IMG/VR virus record: IMGVR_UViG_3300030202_002773
Coordinates: 17,846 to 81,845 of that record
DNA: 64,000 bases
Strand: one strand, 5' to 3'
From: a virus
Both the position numbers and the translations under genes were made by a program. A model generated the notes under the pieces. It did no database searches. It was not told the DNA's origin and saw only the letters and a program-made list of their open reading frames with translations. Positions 19,238 to 30,600 of the stretch are shown one piece after another; position 1 is the stretch's first letter; each line of letters begins with the position of its first letter.

Positions 19238-22200
19238 ATGGGCTGTAATGAAAATAAAATAGGCAGTATAGAAGCTAGACTAGCTAAAATTGCTAGAATG
19301 AAAGCAGCTTTAGAAGAGCGTTTGCAAGAACAAACTCAAAAAGATAGTAGTACTATTACAATTGCTAATGCTAAATTTGATAATGAAATTCAAAATGTTG
19401 AGGGAACAATAAGGCGTAATGTAACTATAAAAAATGAGGAAATTGTACCTGTAAAACGAAATCCTAATACTATAAATAATCTTCCAGATGAAGTAGATAA
19501 TTCTAGATTAAATAGTCAACAAATTTTACCTGGAGATTTTGTAGATGTTGCGTTAATAGAAAATGACTATTGGGCAAACATTAAAAATGAAGTAGCAGAA
19601 CCATGGATGGAAGCTCCTTTATATATTATAGACAAAGAAGGTAATAAATTAGATTTACTTGAAGCTTATAAAGAACATAATTTAAATACACACGCAAGAA
19701 AAGCAATATACGAAGCTTTACAAGAAGATAAAAAAGTTGAATTAAAAGTAGAATCTAAAATACCTAATTTTAATAATATTAGAATTGGGGGTATGCCAGT
19801 ATTTTTTGATATTTCAGAACAGTTAAAAATGCATACTTTTAGAGATACTGATGGTAATTTTGTTACTGCTGTTAATGAAAATACAAAACCTATATTACTT
19901 GTTGCTACTGGTATAGGAAAAAATCCAAAATGGAATACTGGAGACTTAAGTTACTTAGAAACAAAAATACAAGAAGCTATTTATGGAGATTTAGGAGAAC
20001 CTAAAAGATTACCTAAATCAGAACACATGGGTAATGTATTTGCTTTAAGTCTTACTCCAGAAGGTAAATACTCATACGTTAAATTAAGTACAAGAAGTTT
20101 ATCTAATAAAGCATATGAATATGTTTTAAATGAGTTAAAAAATAATAGAAGTGAAAATATTAATCAAATTGTAGGTAATAATACATTAAAAGAAGTTTCT
20201 CATAAAGATCCTAATTTTTTATCTATTGAAACTATAAATATTGAAGAAAATAAAGATCTTACATTTATTAATTTTTATAGTCCTAAACATGATAAAGCTA
20301 TAAGAATAACTTCTGAAGAATTTAATAAAGGTCTTAACAAAGAAGTATTTAGTTTTAATACTGGTAAATTTATTATAACTAATCCAGAAAAACTAGTACC
20401 AGATTTTAAATGGCAGACATCTAAAACTATAAAAGTATCTAAATCTGATAATGTTAATCCAGTAATAAATGAATTTTTAGAAGTTCTTAAAAATAAAAAG
20501 CATCAAATAGATATAGATTTATTAACTAGTACAGAAAATTTTTCTATTCCTGGATTTACTAAACCTTCAGGATATAATTCATATCAAGAATATCTTTTTG
20601 ATGAAAATGCGCACGGAGATCCGTATGCTTATAATATACCTGTTAAAAATAATAAAGCAATTTTAAATACAGATATAAAAAATATAGAAGGTTCTATTTA
20701 TTACAATACTCATGTAGTATTTAATGATGTACTAATAGATGGAAAATCGATATTAAGTGATCCTACATTAATGCCAGAAGGAGGACTAAATCCTGCTATA
20801 GCTCCTAAATTAACAGGAGCCCCAAAAGGTCAATCTGTAGGTCCTAAATTAAATAAAGGTCCTAAATTAGGTCCTTCTGAATTAGAAGATTTATCTGCTT
20901 TTAGTGTTACTGTAGGGAATAAAAAAGCACCACCATTAAATCCTGAAAGAGCAAAAGCATGGTTAGAAGAAAGATTTGGAAAAGGGTCTACTACAATATT
21001 ACAAGGAGTTAATAAAATAGGTAATATAACTAGGCATGGATATTTTGAGAATATGGCTTTTTATTTATATCAAAATGCTAGAATAGGTGTAGAATATCAT
21101 GAAGGATATCATGGAATGTTTAGAATGTGGCTTACTGACAAGCAAAGAGAAGCTTTATATAATGAAGCTAGAAAAAAATATGGTATACCTACAGATAAAG
21201 AAATAAAAGAATTAAATGATACTAGAGAAAAATTTGGACTAGGAAGATTACCTATAAAAGAAGCTGAAGAATTAGTTTTAGAAGAAAAAATGGCTGAAGA
21301 TTTTAGAGAATACATGCTTACTGATGGAAACTCTTCCCCAGGAGGTAAAATAGCTAAATTTTTTAAAAGTATATGGAATTTTATTAAATCTATGTTTACT
21401 GATAGTATGAGTATTAGACAGTCTTATGAAATGCTTGAGTCTAATGTAGTTCCTGTAACATTTAAAAGGAATATTCAAAGATTTTCAGGGGATACAGCTA
21501 ATTCTATAGAAGGATATACAGATAAAAATATAAAAGAAGTACTAGATTATTTAACAGCTAGATATAGAAAAACTATAAATGATTATCAAGCAAAAGGTAA
21601 AAAAGTTCCTTATAAAAGTTTAAACACTAGAATAAAAAATTCTGTATTAAGAGAAGCTTTTTCTACTACGGAAGGTTTACCTATAGAAGGACCTCAAGAT
21701 TTAGAAGTATTGAGACAATGGTATGATTCAAGATTTGACGGATTATTAAAAGATAATAATATTGTTAAAGCTTCTCCTCAACCTATAATAGGAGAGCCAA
21801 AAACTCAAGGATATCCTGCACAAAATAATCATGATTATTTAATAAGTATTTATGAAAATTGGAACGATATAATTGATAATTCTAATACTGAAAATTTAAG
21901 ACGTATAGGATTTGAAAATTTAATGCAAGATACACTAAGAGCAAGAGGTTTAAATTTAAAATTAGGAGAAGTTATATTAGAAGAAATAGAAGAAGGCTCA
22001 GCCTATGAAAGAATATATTCTAGATCTAGAGTAGAAGAAGATATGAGAAGTAAAATAGGATCTAAAGTAAAAGAATTCTTATCTACTATTCCTACAGGAG
22101 AAGCTTCATATTTAGGGTATGAAGTATATATGGAATTTGACAAAGTATATAAAGATATACAAAATCTTTTAGCAGATTCTGCCTCTTTCCCTGTAATGCT

Positions 22201-25200
22201 TAAAAGGTTAGAAGATGCAGGACCATTAAAACCACATTTAGCTGAAGTACATAAAAGATTAAAAGAAACAAAAGATAATAATTTAAGAGCAGCTTTTGCA
22301 TTTACTTTTAAACAAAGTAAAAATAATTTCTTTTTAGTTAAAGAAACTGTAGAAGGATTACAATTTATAAATTCTGATCGTAATGCTGTTGAATCTAGAC
22401 TGTTAGACCAATGGAGAACTAATTCAGTACAGTATGAAGGATTTCCAAATGAAAGACATTTATATAAAATAAGACAAGTAAGAGATAATTTAATTTATAC
22501 TCCTAATAAAAATAGAGTTAAAAAAATAAATTCTACTTTTGACTCAATGAATAAAATATATGATGCTAATCCTACATTACCTGTTTCTGAAGAAAGGATT
22601 GAAGATTTAATTAATTTTTTATATATGCTTGGAATAGATATAGGAACTTCACCTGAAATATCTAAAAACCTATTAAGTACTTATTTTAGAGAAGGATCAA
22701 GAGATTTTTCTAAAACAGGAGAAAAATTAAAAGAAGTAGCTTTATATAAAGCAATGTTAGATAATAATACATCTACAGAAATATCAAGACTTGTAAAAGG
22801 TCTTAATGCTAATGAAAATATTTATAATAATTATAGAGGAGTATTATCTAGATTTGTTAACATAGCAATGAAAAGTGATGTAGATATTTTTACATCCTTT
22901 ATGAATGTTAAAAATAATTCTATGTTTCCTATAAATATGCCAACTGTATTTGATGATTTAATTTTAAATTTAAAAGGAAATAATAGAAACTTTTTTACAC
23001 CTTATTTAGAAGATAGTTTTTATAACCCTTCAGAGTATAATACTGCTGCAAGATCTTTATGGTTAACAATATATGGAGGACTTGCAGGTAATTTTTCTAC
23101 GGAAGCTAGACAAAATTTAAAAGCTGAAACTTTAGATGGATATAAAAAATTTAGCGGTAGAGGTTTTGATTTTGGTGAAATGAATGAATTACAATCTGCT
23201 TATATAAGACTTGGATTATTTATGGATAGATCTGGTAAAAGAGGATATGTTAATATAGTTGCTCCTAATTTTTCTGATAGATCTAAATTAAAAAAATATT
23301 CAGTTCCCTCTATAGATACTATAACAAAAAAATTAAATATATCTGAAAAAGATATAATAAAAGGTATTATAATTCAAGATTTAATGAGGTATCAACAAGC
23401 AGAATTAGATACTCAAACTGAAGAAGAAGGAGGATTACCAGTCAATCAATTGATACCTGGATTTCATTATTTAGAAACTCCTGGAGATGGTTTAGGTAGA
23501 GCTTTTCAATTAATGCAATTTACTGCAGTTGAAAATTCTGAAATATTTGGAACAAAAGTAGAAAAATATTTAAGTGATGTAAATTGGGAAGATTATCTTA
23601 GTGGAAATCTAATGTCTATAAATAGAGAAGCTGTAGATCAAGCTTTAAATACTCAAGTAGAAAATGTTATTGAGTCTATGAATAATAATATTGAAAAAAA
23701 TATGAAATATTATACTGATCAGGGACTAATGGCTAAACTTAATAAGTCTTCAACTAATCCATATACAAGTAAAAGAGAATTATTTAGACAATATGAATTA
23801 AATAATATGATTCATAAAATAGAACTTCAAAAATTTACTAGAGGTGGAATAGCATTTAATAAAAGTTACACAGATTTTTCTAAAAGATTTGGTAACATGG
23901 AAACTCCTGGATATAAATTATTAATAAAAGGAGAGTTAAAAGATGAAAGTTTTGGATTTTATAAAGAATTTAATGAAGGTTTAATAGAAGACTTTTTTAC
24001 TACACCTTTAATTTATGATGAAATTGGAGAATCTATTACAGCTACATTACAACAACAAGGGGATCCTGAAGCTGAAAGTCTAGGTAATTTATATAAAGGA
24101 GGACAGTCTAATAAATCAGATGCTTTTGGAGTTGTGTCTATAGATTTTTATAAAGCATTTCAGCAAGGAAAAGGAGAATGGCAAAAAGAAGATGAAGAAG
24201 CATTTCAAAATTATAAAAATGGAAAACCAGGAAGTAGATTTTTTAGAGACAATAGTGGCAGGCGTAGAAGAGTAGCTCCTATTAAAACATATTTTGATGC
24301 TATGATTGTTAAAAATGGTAGTATGATTCCTAGTAATACTAAAAATTCATATATGGTATTATTAGAAGAGTTTACACTAAGTAATCCTACTACAGAAATG
24401 ATAAGACAAAGACTAGAAAAAGAAAGTAATTTCTATCATTTACCTGAAATGCATGTATTAAATACTGTTAGTACTAAAAAATTAGCCTATAGTGGCGTAG
24501 AAGACCTTAATAATAAAGATAATGTATTAGAAAAATTAACTAATATGGCAGTAACATCTCATCCAGGTTCTTCTTTAAGAATTCCTCAAATAATTCCAGA
24601 AAAAAATAAAAATTCTGGAATATTTGCTAGGCAATTTATGATAAATATTATAGCTAATATGGATTTAAATAATCCTTCTCTTGATTATAATGTAAATGAA
24701 AATAGATCTAATTCTCTTTCACTAAATGCAAAACAAGTTTTTGATTTATATCAAAATTCTATTGTAAATATGATAGATAATAGCTTTAATGATTTTATTA
24801 CTAAAATAGGTTATAAAGGTTTAATAAATGCAACAGGACATGAAAATAGAATAGAATCACAATTAAATTTATTTAAAAGTTTAAGAGAAAGAATAAGTGA
24901 AGAATTAAAAGAAAGAGAATTATCTAATAATTATACAAATGCTTTAAATATAGAAAAAACAGAAAAAGGAAATTATAGATTTAAAACACCACTAGCTTTT
25001 CCTTTTATAAAGCGTAAAACAGAAAGTCTTGTTATGGGAATGCTTAAAAAAGATATTGCTAAGCAGACTATTAATGGAGGAAGCGCTAAGCAAATTGCAG
25101 AATTGGGAGGACATATAACTTATGAACAATCTACAGGTCTACCAAGTAATTGGACAGAATTAAAATTTATTAGAAATAAAGATGGAAGTATAAAACATGC

Positions 25201-27604
25201 AGAAGTAGCTATACGTGCAGATGTTGCTGCTCGATATGGTCTTAAACCAGGTCAAAATTTAAACTCTATACCTGAAAGTTTAAGAACTTTAGTAGCATAT
25301 CGTATTCCTAATCAAGGTAAAAATTCTATGCTTCCTATGATTATTAAGTATGTATTACCTGAAAATTATGACCAAGCAATTGTTGTTCCTGGGGGAATTA
25401 CAACTCAACAAGGAGGTGATTTTGATATTGATACATTATATTTAATGATGCCTAACACTAGAAGAAATTCTCAAACGAATAAAATAGAAAAAATAAATGT
25501 AGATTATAATAAATTATTTCTAGATGGTCAATTAAATTATATAGAATTAGAAAAATTAAATAGACAAGAATTAGAAAATATAATAATAGATTTATCAGAA
25601 GCTATTCTTAGATCTAAAAAACACTTTAAAGAAGTTGTACAGCCTTTAGATTCTCCGGATCTTAAAAATATTGCAGAAAATATAAAAGAGGTATTAAATT
25701 TAGAACAAACATTTGACCATAATGATTCATTTTCAGAAATACAATTAGAAAGAATGAATAAAGACGGTAATAATGGAATTGGTATTTATGCAAATGCGCT
25801 ATCCGGTAAAAATATTGCTGTTTATTCTGAATTACATTTAAAAGCAGGATTAGCTCCTATTATTGATAATAAAGAATATAATAATTTACAAGTATTTAAA
25901 GATGATAAAAGTACTTCTAAACGTACTCCAGACAGAGAAAGTGAGCTTATAGAGTATAATATATCTAAAAAATTAAGTTCTGCAGTAGATAATGCAAAAG
26001 CTCCTGATATGTTTTTTAGAAATGATAATCTTTTAACATCTCCTATAAATACTTTATTTGATTCTTTAGGAATTAATGAATTTACTACACATGATTATTT
26101 AAATCAGCCTATTATTAAAATGTTAACTAAAGTGTATCAAGATGGTGAGTATACACCTAATATGTTATATGAAGCTGCAAGTGCAACTTGGGATCAATAT
26201 ATAGATAAATATGATACAGGCGCATCTTTGAATATGCCATTCTCAGAACTTACAGATTTTGGATTTTCAGATATGTTTACTGAAAAGTTACAAAATATAT
26301 CAGAAGAAAATATAGATCATGAAGATCAACTTGGATATCTTAATAATTTTTTATCATTTCATAAAACAGGTAGAGAATTAACAAGTGCTTATGTAGTTCT
26401 TAATCAAGATAAAGGTGCAGATCAAGCTAGCTTTGGAGGATTACTTTCTTTTAAAGGAAGGAGAAATGTTTTATTACAGAATGATACTGTAAAAGGTTTT
26501 GATTCTGTATTAGATGGAACTTCATACCCTTTACAAGCTGCTTATAAGACATTAATTGACCAAATGTTAAATTTTGGATCCGAGTTTTTTATACACAATA
26601 AAAGATCTGTAGTTAAAACTAAAGCTACAATAGCAACTTTATTAAATAAAGAAAATTTAACAGATGTAGATCATAGAACTATTGAAGATGCTATGCTATT
26701 ATACATGATGTCTAAAAATGATAGCCCACTAAGTTCTATATTTACAGATTCAAAAATAAATGAATTATTAAGAGGTAATAAAACTAATTTATTTGCTAAA
26801 TTGCAAAAATTAAAATTAGAATTTCCAGAATTGAATGAAAATGCATTTATAAAAAACGTAGTAGAGCACCCAGAAAATATAAAAGAAGGTTCTCTTTTAA
26901 CAAGAGTTAAATTTCAAAATATATATTCATTTACTAAATCTGAAGTAGATTCTTTTATTAGAAGTTTTGGTAATTTAATGGTTCATGAAAATCCTCAAAT
27001 AAGAGAAATAGCTAATGATTTTATAAGTGTTTCTTTATTAACTAATGGTTTTACACCTAGCCATGATAGTTTTATAGATATAATACCTGTAGAAGCATTA
27101 AAAAGATCTTCTAATTATTTTTATGATCAATTCGATCTGTTAGACAATATAGAGTATTTTGATAATGATTTTGCACATGATTTTGTACGTAATTTTTATT
27201 ATACAGATATAGTAAATAATATTAGAGTTTCAAAAAACGTTGTAAATTCTAATGTAATCAAACTTAATTGGAAAGATAGTAGAATTTATTCTAAAAATTT
27301 AAATAAAACAGTAGATTATTTTACTGTATCTAATAATCAAGGAACTAAATTATTTGTTAAAAATGCAGAAGTTGGAAATGATGTATTTTATGAAAGATCT
27401 ACTACAAAAGGTATACCACATGGATTAAAAGAAATAAATATAAAAAATTCTGAAGGTATAAAAATAGAAAAATCAGTTATTCAATCAAATTATATAAATA
27501 AAAGTAATACAAAACCTGGACTAGCTCGAATACATGAAAATAAAGTTAATGAAGCAGTTGCAGATAATGAAGACGCAATTAAAAGATGTATAAATATAAC
27601 ATAA
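19238..27604 (+). CDS. Virion-packaged DNA-dependent RNA polymerase (crAss type) with N-terminal zincin-like domain
   Basis: Catalytic 'GGDFDIDTL' (nt ~25412-25440) preceded by 'YRIPNQGKNS'; 'SSAVDNAK'; HExxH 'YHEGYH' with downstream 'EEKMAEDF'; 2788 aa. Confidence 0.92.
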   Translation: MGCNENKIGSIEARLAKIARMKAALEERLQEQTQKDSSTITIANAKFDNEIQNVEGTIRRNVTIKNEEIVPVKRNPNTINNLPDEVDNSRLNSQQILPGDFVDVALIENDYWANIKNEVAEPWMEAPLYIIDKEGNKLDLLEAYKEHNLNTHARKAIYEALQEDKKVELKVESKIPNFNNIRIGGMPVFFDISEQLKMHTFRDTDGNFVTAVNENTKPILLVATGIGKNPKWNTGDLSYLETKIQEAIYGDLGEPKRLPKSEHMGNVFALSLTPEGKYSYVKLSTRSLSNKAYEYVLNELKNNRSENINQIVGNNTLKEVSHKDPNFLSIETINIEENKDLTFINFYSPKHDKAIRITSEEFNKGLNKEVFSFNTGKFIITNPEKLVPDFKWQTSKTIKVSKSDNVNPVINEFLEVLKNKKHQIDIDLLTSTENFSIPGFTKPSGYNSYQEYLFDENAHGDPYAYNIPVKNNKAILNTDIKNIEGSIYYNTHVVFNDVLIDGKSILSDPTLMPEGGLNPAIAPKLTGAPKGQSVGPKLNKGPKLGPSELEDLSAFSVTVGNKKAPPLNPERAKAWLEERFGKGSTTILQGVNKIGNITRHGYFENMAFYLYQNARIGVEYHEGYHGMFRMWLTDKQREALYNEARKKYGIPTDKEIKELNDTREKFGLGRLPIKEAEELVLEEKMAEDFREYMLTDGNSSPGGKIAKFFKSIWNFIKSMFTDSMSIRQSYEMLESNVVPVTFKRNIQRFSGDTANSIEGYTDKNIKEVLDYLTARYRKTINDYQAKGKKVPYKSLNTRIKNSVLREAFSTTEGLPIEGPQDLEVLRQWYDSRFDGLLKDNNIVKASPQPIIGEPKTQGYPAQNNHDYLISIYENWNDIIDNSNTENLRRIGFENLMQDTLRARGLNLKLGEVILEEIEEGSAYERIYSRSRVEEDMRSKIGSKVKEFLSTIPTGEASYLGYEVYMEFDKVYKDIQNLLADSASFPVMLKRLEDAGPLKPHLAEVHKRLKETKDNNLRAAFAFTFKQSKNNFFLVKETVEGLQFINSDRNAVESRLLDQWRTNSVQYEGFPNERHLYKIRQVRDNLIYTPNKNRVKKINSTFDSMNKIYDANPTLPVSEERIEDLINFLYMLGIDIGTSPEISKNLLSTYFREGSRDFSKTGEKLKEVALYKAMLDNNTSTEISRLVKGLNANENIYNNYRGVLSRFVNIAMKSDVDIFTSFMNVKNNSMFPINMPTVFDDLILNLKGNNRNFFTPYLEDSFYNPSEYNTAARSLWLTIYGGLAGNFSTEARQNLKAETLDGYKKFSGRGFDFGEMNELQSAYIRLGLFMDRSGKRGYVNIVAPNFSDRSKLKKYSVPSIDTITKKLNISEKDIIKGIIIQDLMRYQQAELDTQTEEEGGLPVNQLIPGFHYLETPGDGLGRAFQLMQFTAVENSEIFGTKVEKYLSDVNWEDYLSGNLMSINREAVDQALNTQVENVIESMNNNIEKNMKYYTDQGLMAKLNKSSTNPYTSKRELFRQYELNNMIHKIELQKFTRGGIAFNKSYTDFSKRFGNMETPGYKLLIKGELKDESFGFYKEFNEGLIEDFFTTPLIYDEIGESITATLQQQGDPEAESLGNLYKGGQSNKSDAFGVVSIDFYKAFQQGKGEWQKEDEEAFQNYKNGKPGSRFFRDNSGRRRRVAPIKTYFDAMIVKNGSMIPSNTKNSYMVLLEEFTLSNPTTEMIRQRLEKESNFYHLPEMHVLNTVSTKKLAYSGVEDLNNKDNVLEKLTNMAVTSHPGSSLRIPQIIPEKNKNSGIFARQFMINIIANMDLNNPSLDYNVNENRSNSLSLNAKQVFDLYQNSIVNMIDNSFNDFITKIGYKGLINATGHENRIESQLNLFKSLRERISEELKERELSNNYTNALNIEKTEKGNYRFKTPLAFPFIKRKTESLVMGMLKKDIAKQTINGGSAKQIAELGGHITYEQSTGLPSNWTELKFIRNKDGSIKHAEVAIRADVAARYGLKPGQNLNSIPESLRTLVAYRIPNQGKNSMLPMIIKYVLPENYDQAIVVPGGITTQQGGDFDIDTLYLMMPNTRRNSQTNKIEKINVDYNKLFLDGQLNYIELEKLNRQELENIIIDLSEAILRSKKHFKEVVQPLDSPDLKNIAENIKEVLNLEQTFDHNDSFSEIQLERMNKDGNNGIGIYANALSGKNIAVYSELHLKAGLAPIIDNKEYNNLQVFKDDKSTSKRTPDRESELIEYNISKKLSSAVDNAKAPDMFFRNDNLLTSPINTLFDSLGINEFTTHDYLNQPIIKMLTKVYQDGEYTPNMLYEAASATWDQYIDKYDTGASLNMPFSELTDFGFSDMFTEKLQNISEENIDHEDQLGYLNNFLSFHKTGRELTSAYVVLNQDKGADQASFGGLLSFKGRRNVLLQNDTVKGFDSVLDGTSYPLQAAYKTLIDQMLNFGSEFFIHNKRSVVKTKATIATLLNKENLTDVDHRTIEDAMLLYMMSKNDSPLSSIFTDSKINELLRGNKTNLFAKLQKLKLEFPELNENAFIKNVVEHPENIKEGSLLTRVKFQNIYSFTKSEVDSFIRSFGNLMVHENPQIREIANDFISVSLLTNGFTPSHDSFIDIIPVEALKRSSNYFYDQFDLLDNIEYFDNDFAHDFVRNFYYTDIVNNIRVSKNVVNSNVIKLNWKDSRIYSKNLNKTVDYFTVSNNQGTKLFVKNAEVGNDVFYERSTTKGIPHGLKEINIKNSEGIKIEKSVIQSNYINKSNTKPGLARIHENKVNEAVADNEDAIKRCINIT

Positions 27605-27608
27605 TACT

Positions 27609-30600
27609 ATGAGATGTAGATTTTATTTACACGGGAAACCTAGCCAATTTTTAACAGATTTATATAATGCTGTAGAAGAAATAAATCCTAATTTAGGTAT
27701 GATACATGATATACTTAAACATTATAAAGTTATACAACAAAGATACGGTAAGATGTTTATTTACCAAGGAGAAGATTCTAGTATAGCTTTAAATCATGTT
27801 CGAAGAATAAATAGAAGATATCCTAATTTAATAGCTTATGAATATAAAGGTCAAACTAGTAATAGGTTTGGACGGGAAAATAATGAAAAATATACATTTG
27901 AGATAAATACAGCTGTTCTTAATAATGTAAAAAATATGAGTTTTCCTGAAGACGCTATAGAAATAGAAAAGGAAGAACGATTAGCTGCTCAAGCTAGAGA
28001 GGAAAGGGATATGAAACTTGCTGAACAATCATTATCAGAACAAGTTAGGAGAGAAAATACATCAGAGAATAAAAGTTTATTTGGAAAAGAAGAAGAAAAA
28101 AGTGAATCTGTAAAAAAAGCAGATAAATTAAAACATCATTTTAAAGGAGTTGGAGTAGATATTAATGTAAATTTTACTAATGATTTAGCACCTAATGTTT
28201 CAGCAGATATTACAGGCACCGGCCCTAGATCTGCAGATGTAAGATTAAATAATACATATCTACAAGATGATGGTGTATATCATGAATTTGGACATGCTTA
28301 TATAGATCTTCTTGGTATAGATAATACTTTAGTTAAACAGGCTTTTAAACAGCTTAAAGGGTCTGAATTAGAAAAAACAGTACTTAATTCTTATCCTGGG
28401 TTAGAAGGTGTAAAATTACAAAAAGAAGTATTAGCAACAGCTATAGGATTAGAAGGAGCTAAGGTAGAAAAAAAGAATCCATCTAAAATACAAATTTTAT
28501 TAAATAAAATATTTAGAAGTATTGGAAAATTATTAGGTATAAATCAAAATGCTGCTGCTATATTAGCTGAGCAAATGTTTGCTGGAGAAATAAGATCTAA
28601 ATATCTTATTGGAGAAATAAGTGGATTTACACAAGAATCTAAAGATAGAAATTCTTTACAAAAGAAAATTGATGATGTTAGAATATATACGAGAAAACTT
28701 AAACGAATAGCAGAACAACGTAATGATGCAGCTAGTCAGGCAAGAGCTGAGGCACTAGAACAAACTTTAGAAAATATAAAATCACTAGAAGATTTTATAT
28801 CTTTTATAGATATGTCTGCTAAAATAACTTCTAATATTGCAAATAAATATCAGTTATTACAAAATAAAATAAAAGCAGGTGAAAAAATTGAAACTTCAGA
28901 TCAAGCTACTTTAGCTGAATTAAATCAATATATACAGGGTTTTGATATTCTAGAAGGATTAGAAGTACTTTTTACGGAAGAAAAGCAAAATAGAGTAAAA
29001 CAAACAACAGCTTTTAATACAGCATATGATAAACTTGGAGCTGTTGTTAGACAAAGAAAATATTTAGAACAGCAATATATAGATATTGCAATTCCAATAC
29101 AAGCAGAGTTTTTATCTCCATATATATCTCAAGAAGTTAATGAAAATTTAGATAGTTTAATACAAAATATTGATGAGCAAGAAGGTATTGATAATAAAGT
29201 ATTAGCTGCAAAAAGACATTTAGATAAAAAAGATAATAATTGGATTCAATTAAATAAAGATCTAAAACAAAAAAGAATTTCTGAAGAGGAGTATAAAAAT
29301 AATCTTATATCTTTAGTTAAAGAGCAGTTAGAAAATAAGAAAATGCATAAAAAAACATTAATTCAAATTTTAACAAGAGCTCATAAAGATGGAAGTACTT
29401 TTTCTTATTGGATGGATCCATTAGTTTGGTCTAACGATAATGCTATACAATTATTTGCATTAGCAGTTAAAGATGCATTATATGAAGGAGATGAAAAAAG
29501 TAGAGAAACTCAATATAAAATTCAAGAATTATATAATAATTTCACTGAAGGAGTTACAGGAATAAACAATGTTCAAAAGTTATATGAAGATTTAACAGAA
29601 GATATTAAAACTTGGGTAAGAGATGAAGATGGAAGTTATAAACAGATAGATAGAGCTGGATGGGTACAAGAATTAGATATGCCTAGATATCAAAAGAATA
29701 AACAACAAGCAGTCGAGCAAGCAAAAAACAAAACTTATTTTAGGGAAAGAAAGGATTTTGAAAGCGATGAGCTATTTGAAGACTATAAAAATAGTATAGT
29801 GGATTATAAAGTTAATGGTAAAGTTGTATATAAAGCTCAAACTAAAGAAGAAGCTTATAGATTAGTTAGAAGAGCATTTGGAGAGGCAATGGGGAAATGG
29901 AGACAAGAAAATACAGTACCTAAAAGAGATGCTCAAGAAATTATGAGAAAGCATGAAGATAAAATAGCTTATGTTTATAAAGAAATGAGACCTCTTCAAA
30001 AAAAGCTTGACGATAATACAATAACATCTATAGAAATAGAAAAATTAAATTCTTTAGAAATAGAATTAAGTATTTTAGACAATTGGAGACAAACTAATTA
30101 TTATGTTAACCCAAGATATCCAGATAGCTTAACTCCTAAAGGATCGTTAGTACAACCTTCACAAGGAGAAAAATTAGCAGGTGGTAAAAATAGAGTAGAT
30201 TATACTAATTCTAAATATAAAGCTATTATGGCTGATCCTAGGAAGAGAAAGTTTTATGAGGGAATGATATCTATATATAAAGAACATCAAGATAAATTAG
30301 GATCTGCAGGACATCAGTTAGGAAAAGATAGTTTTAGTGATATGGCCTATGCTTTACCGTCAATAAGAAAAGTAGATAAAGATAGAGCTATAGAACAAGG
30401 AGTACTTAAAACAATGAAAGAATGGTGGGTAGATGGAACAGATATAACTGATACTGATTATCATATATACGGACAAAGATGGGAAACTATTGGAGGTAAA
30501 CAGCGTAAAGTAGTACCTGCTTTTTTTACTAATGCTGTAGATAAAAATGAAATAAGTTTAGATTTAACTTCTAGCCTGTTAGCATTTGTAGGTATGGCTA

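Noticed and set aside
19235-19240. In-frame TAA-ATG junction suggesting read-through or a sequencing-split gene
   Set aside because: The same TAAATG coupling occurs at the terminase/SET junction, and the Cys arrangement mirrors the out-of-frame 27604/27609 junction, so two genes are more likely.
5804-21478. Minus-strand ORFs inside the large structural genes (5804, 10533, 12089, 15152, 18136, 18742, 21109, 21278)
   Set aside because: Antisense shadows of long genes, with S/I/L/F-biased composition and no motifs.
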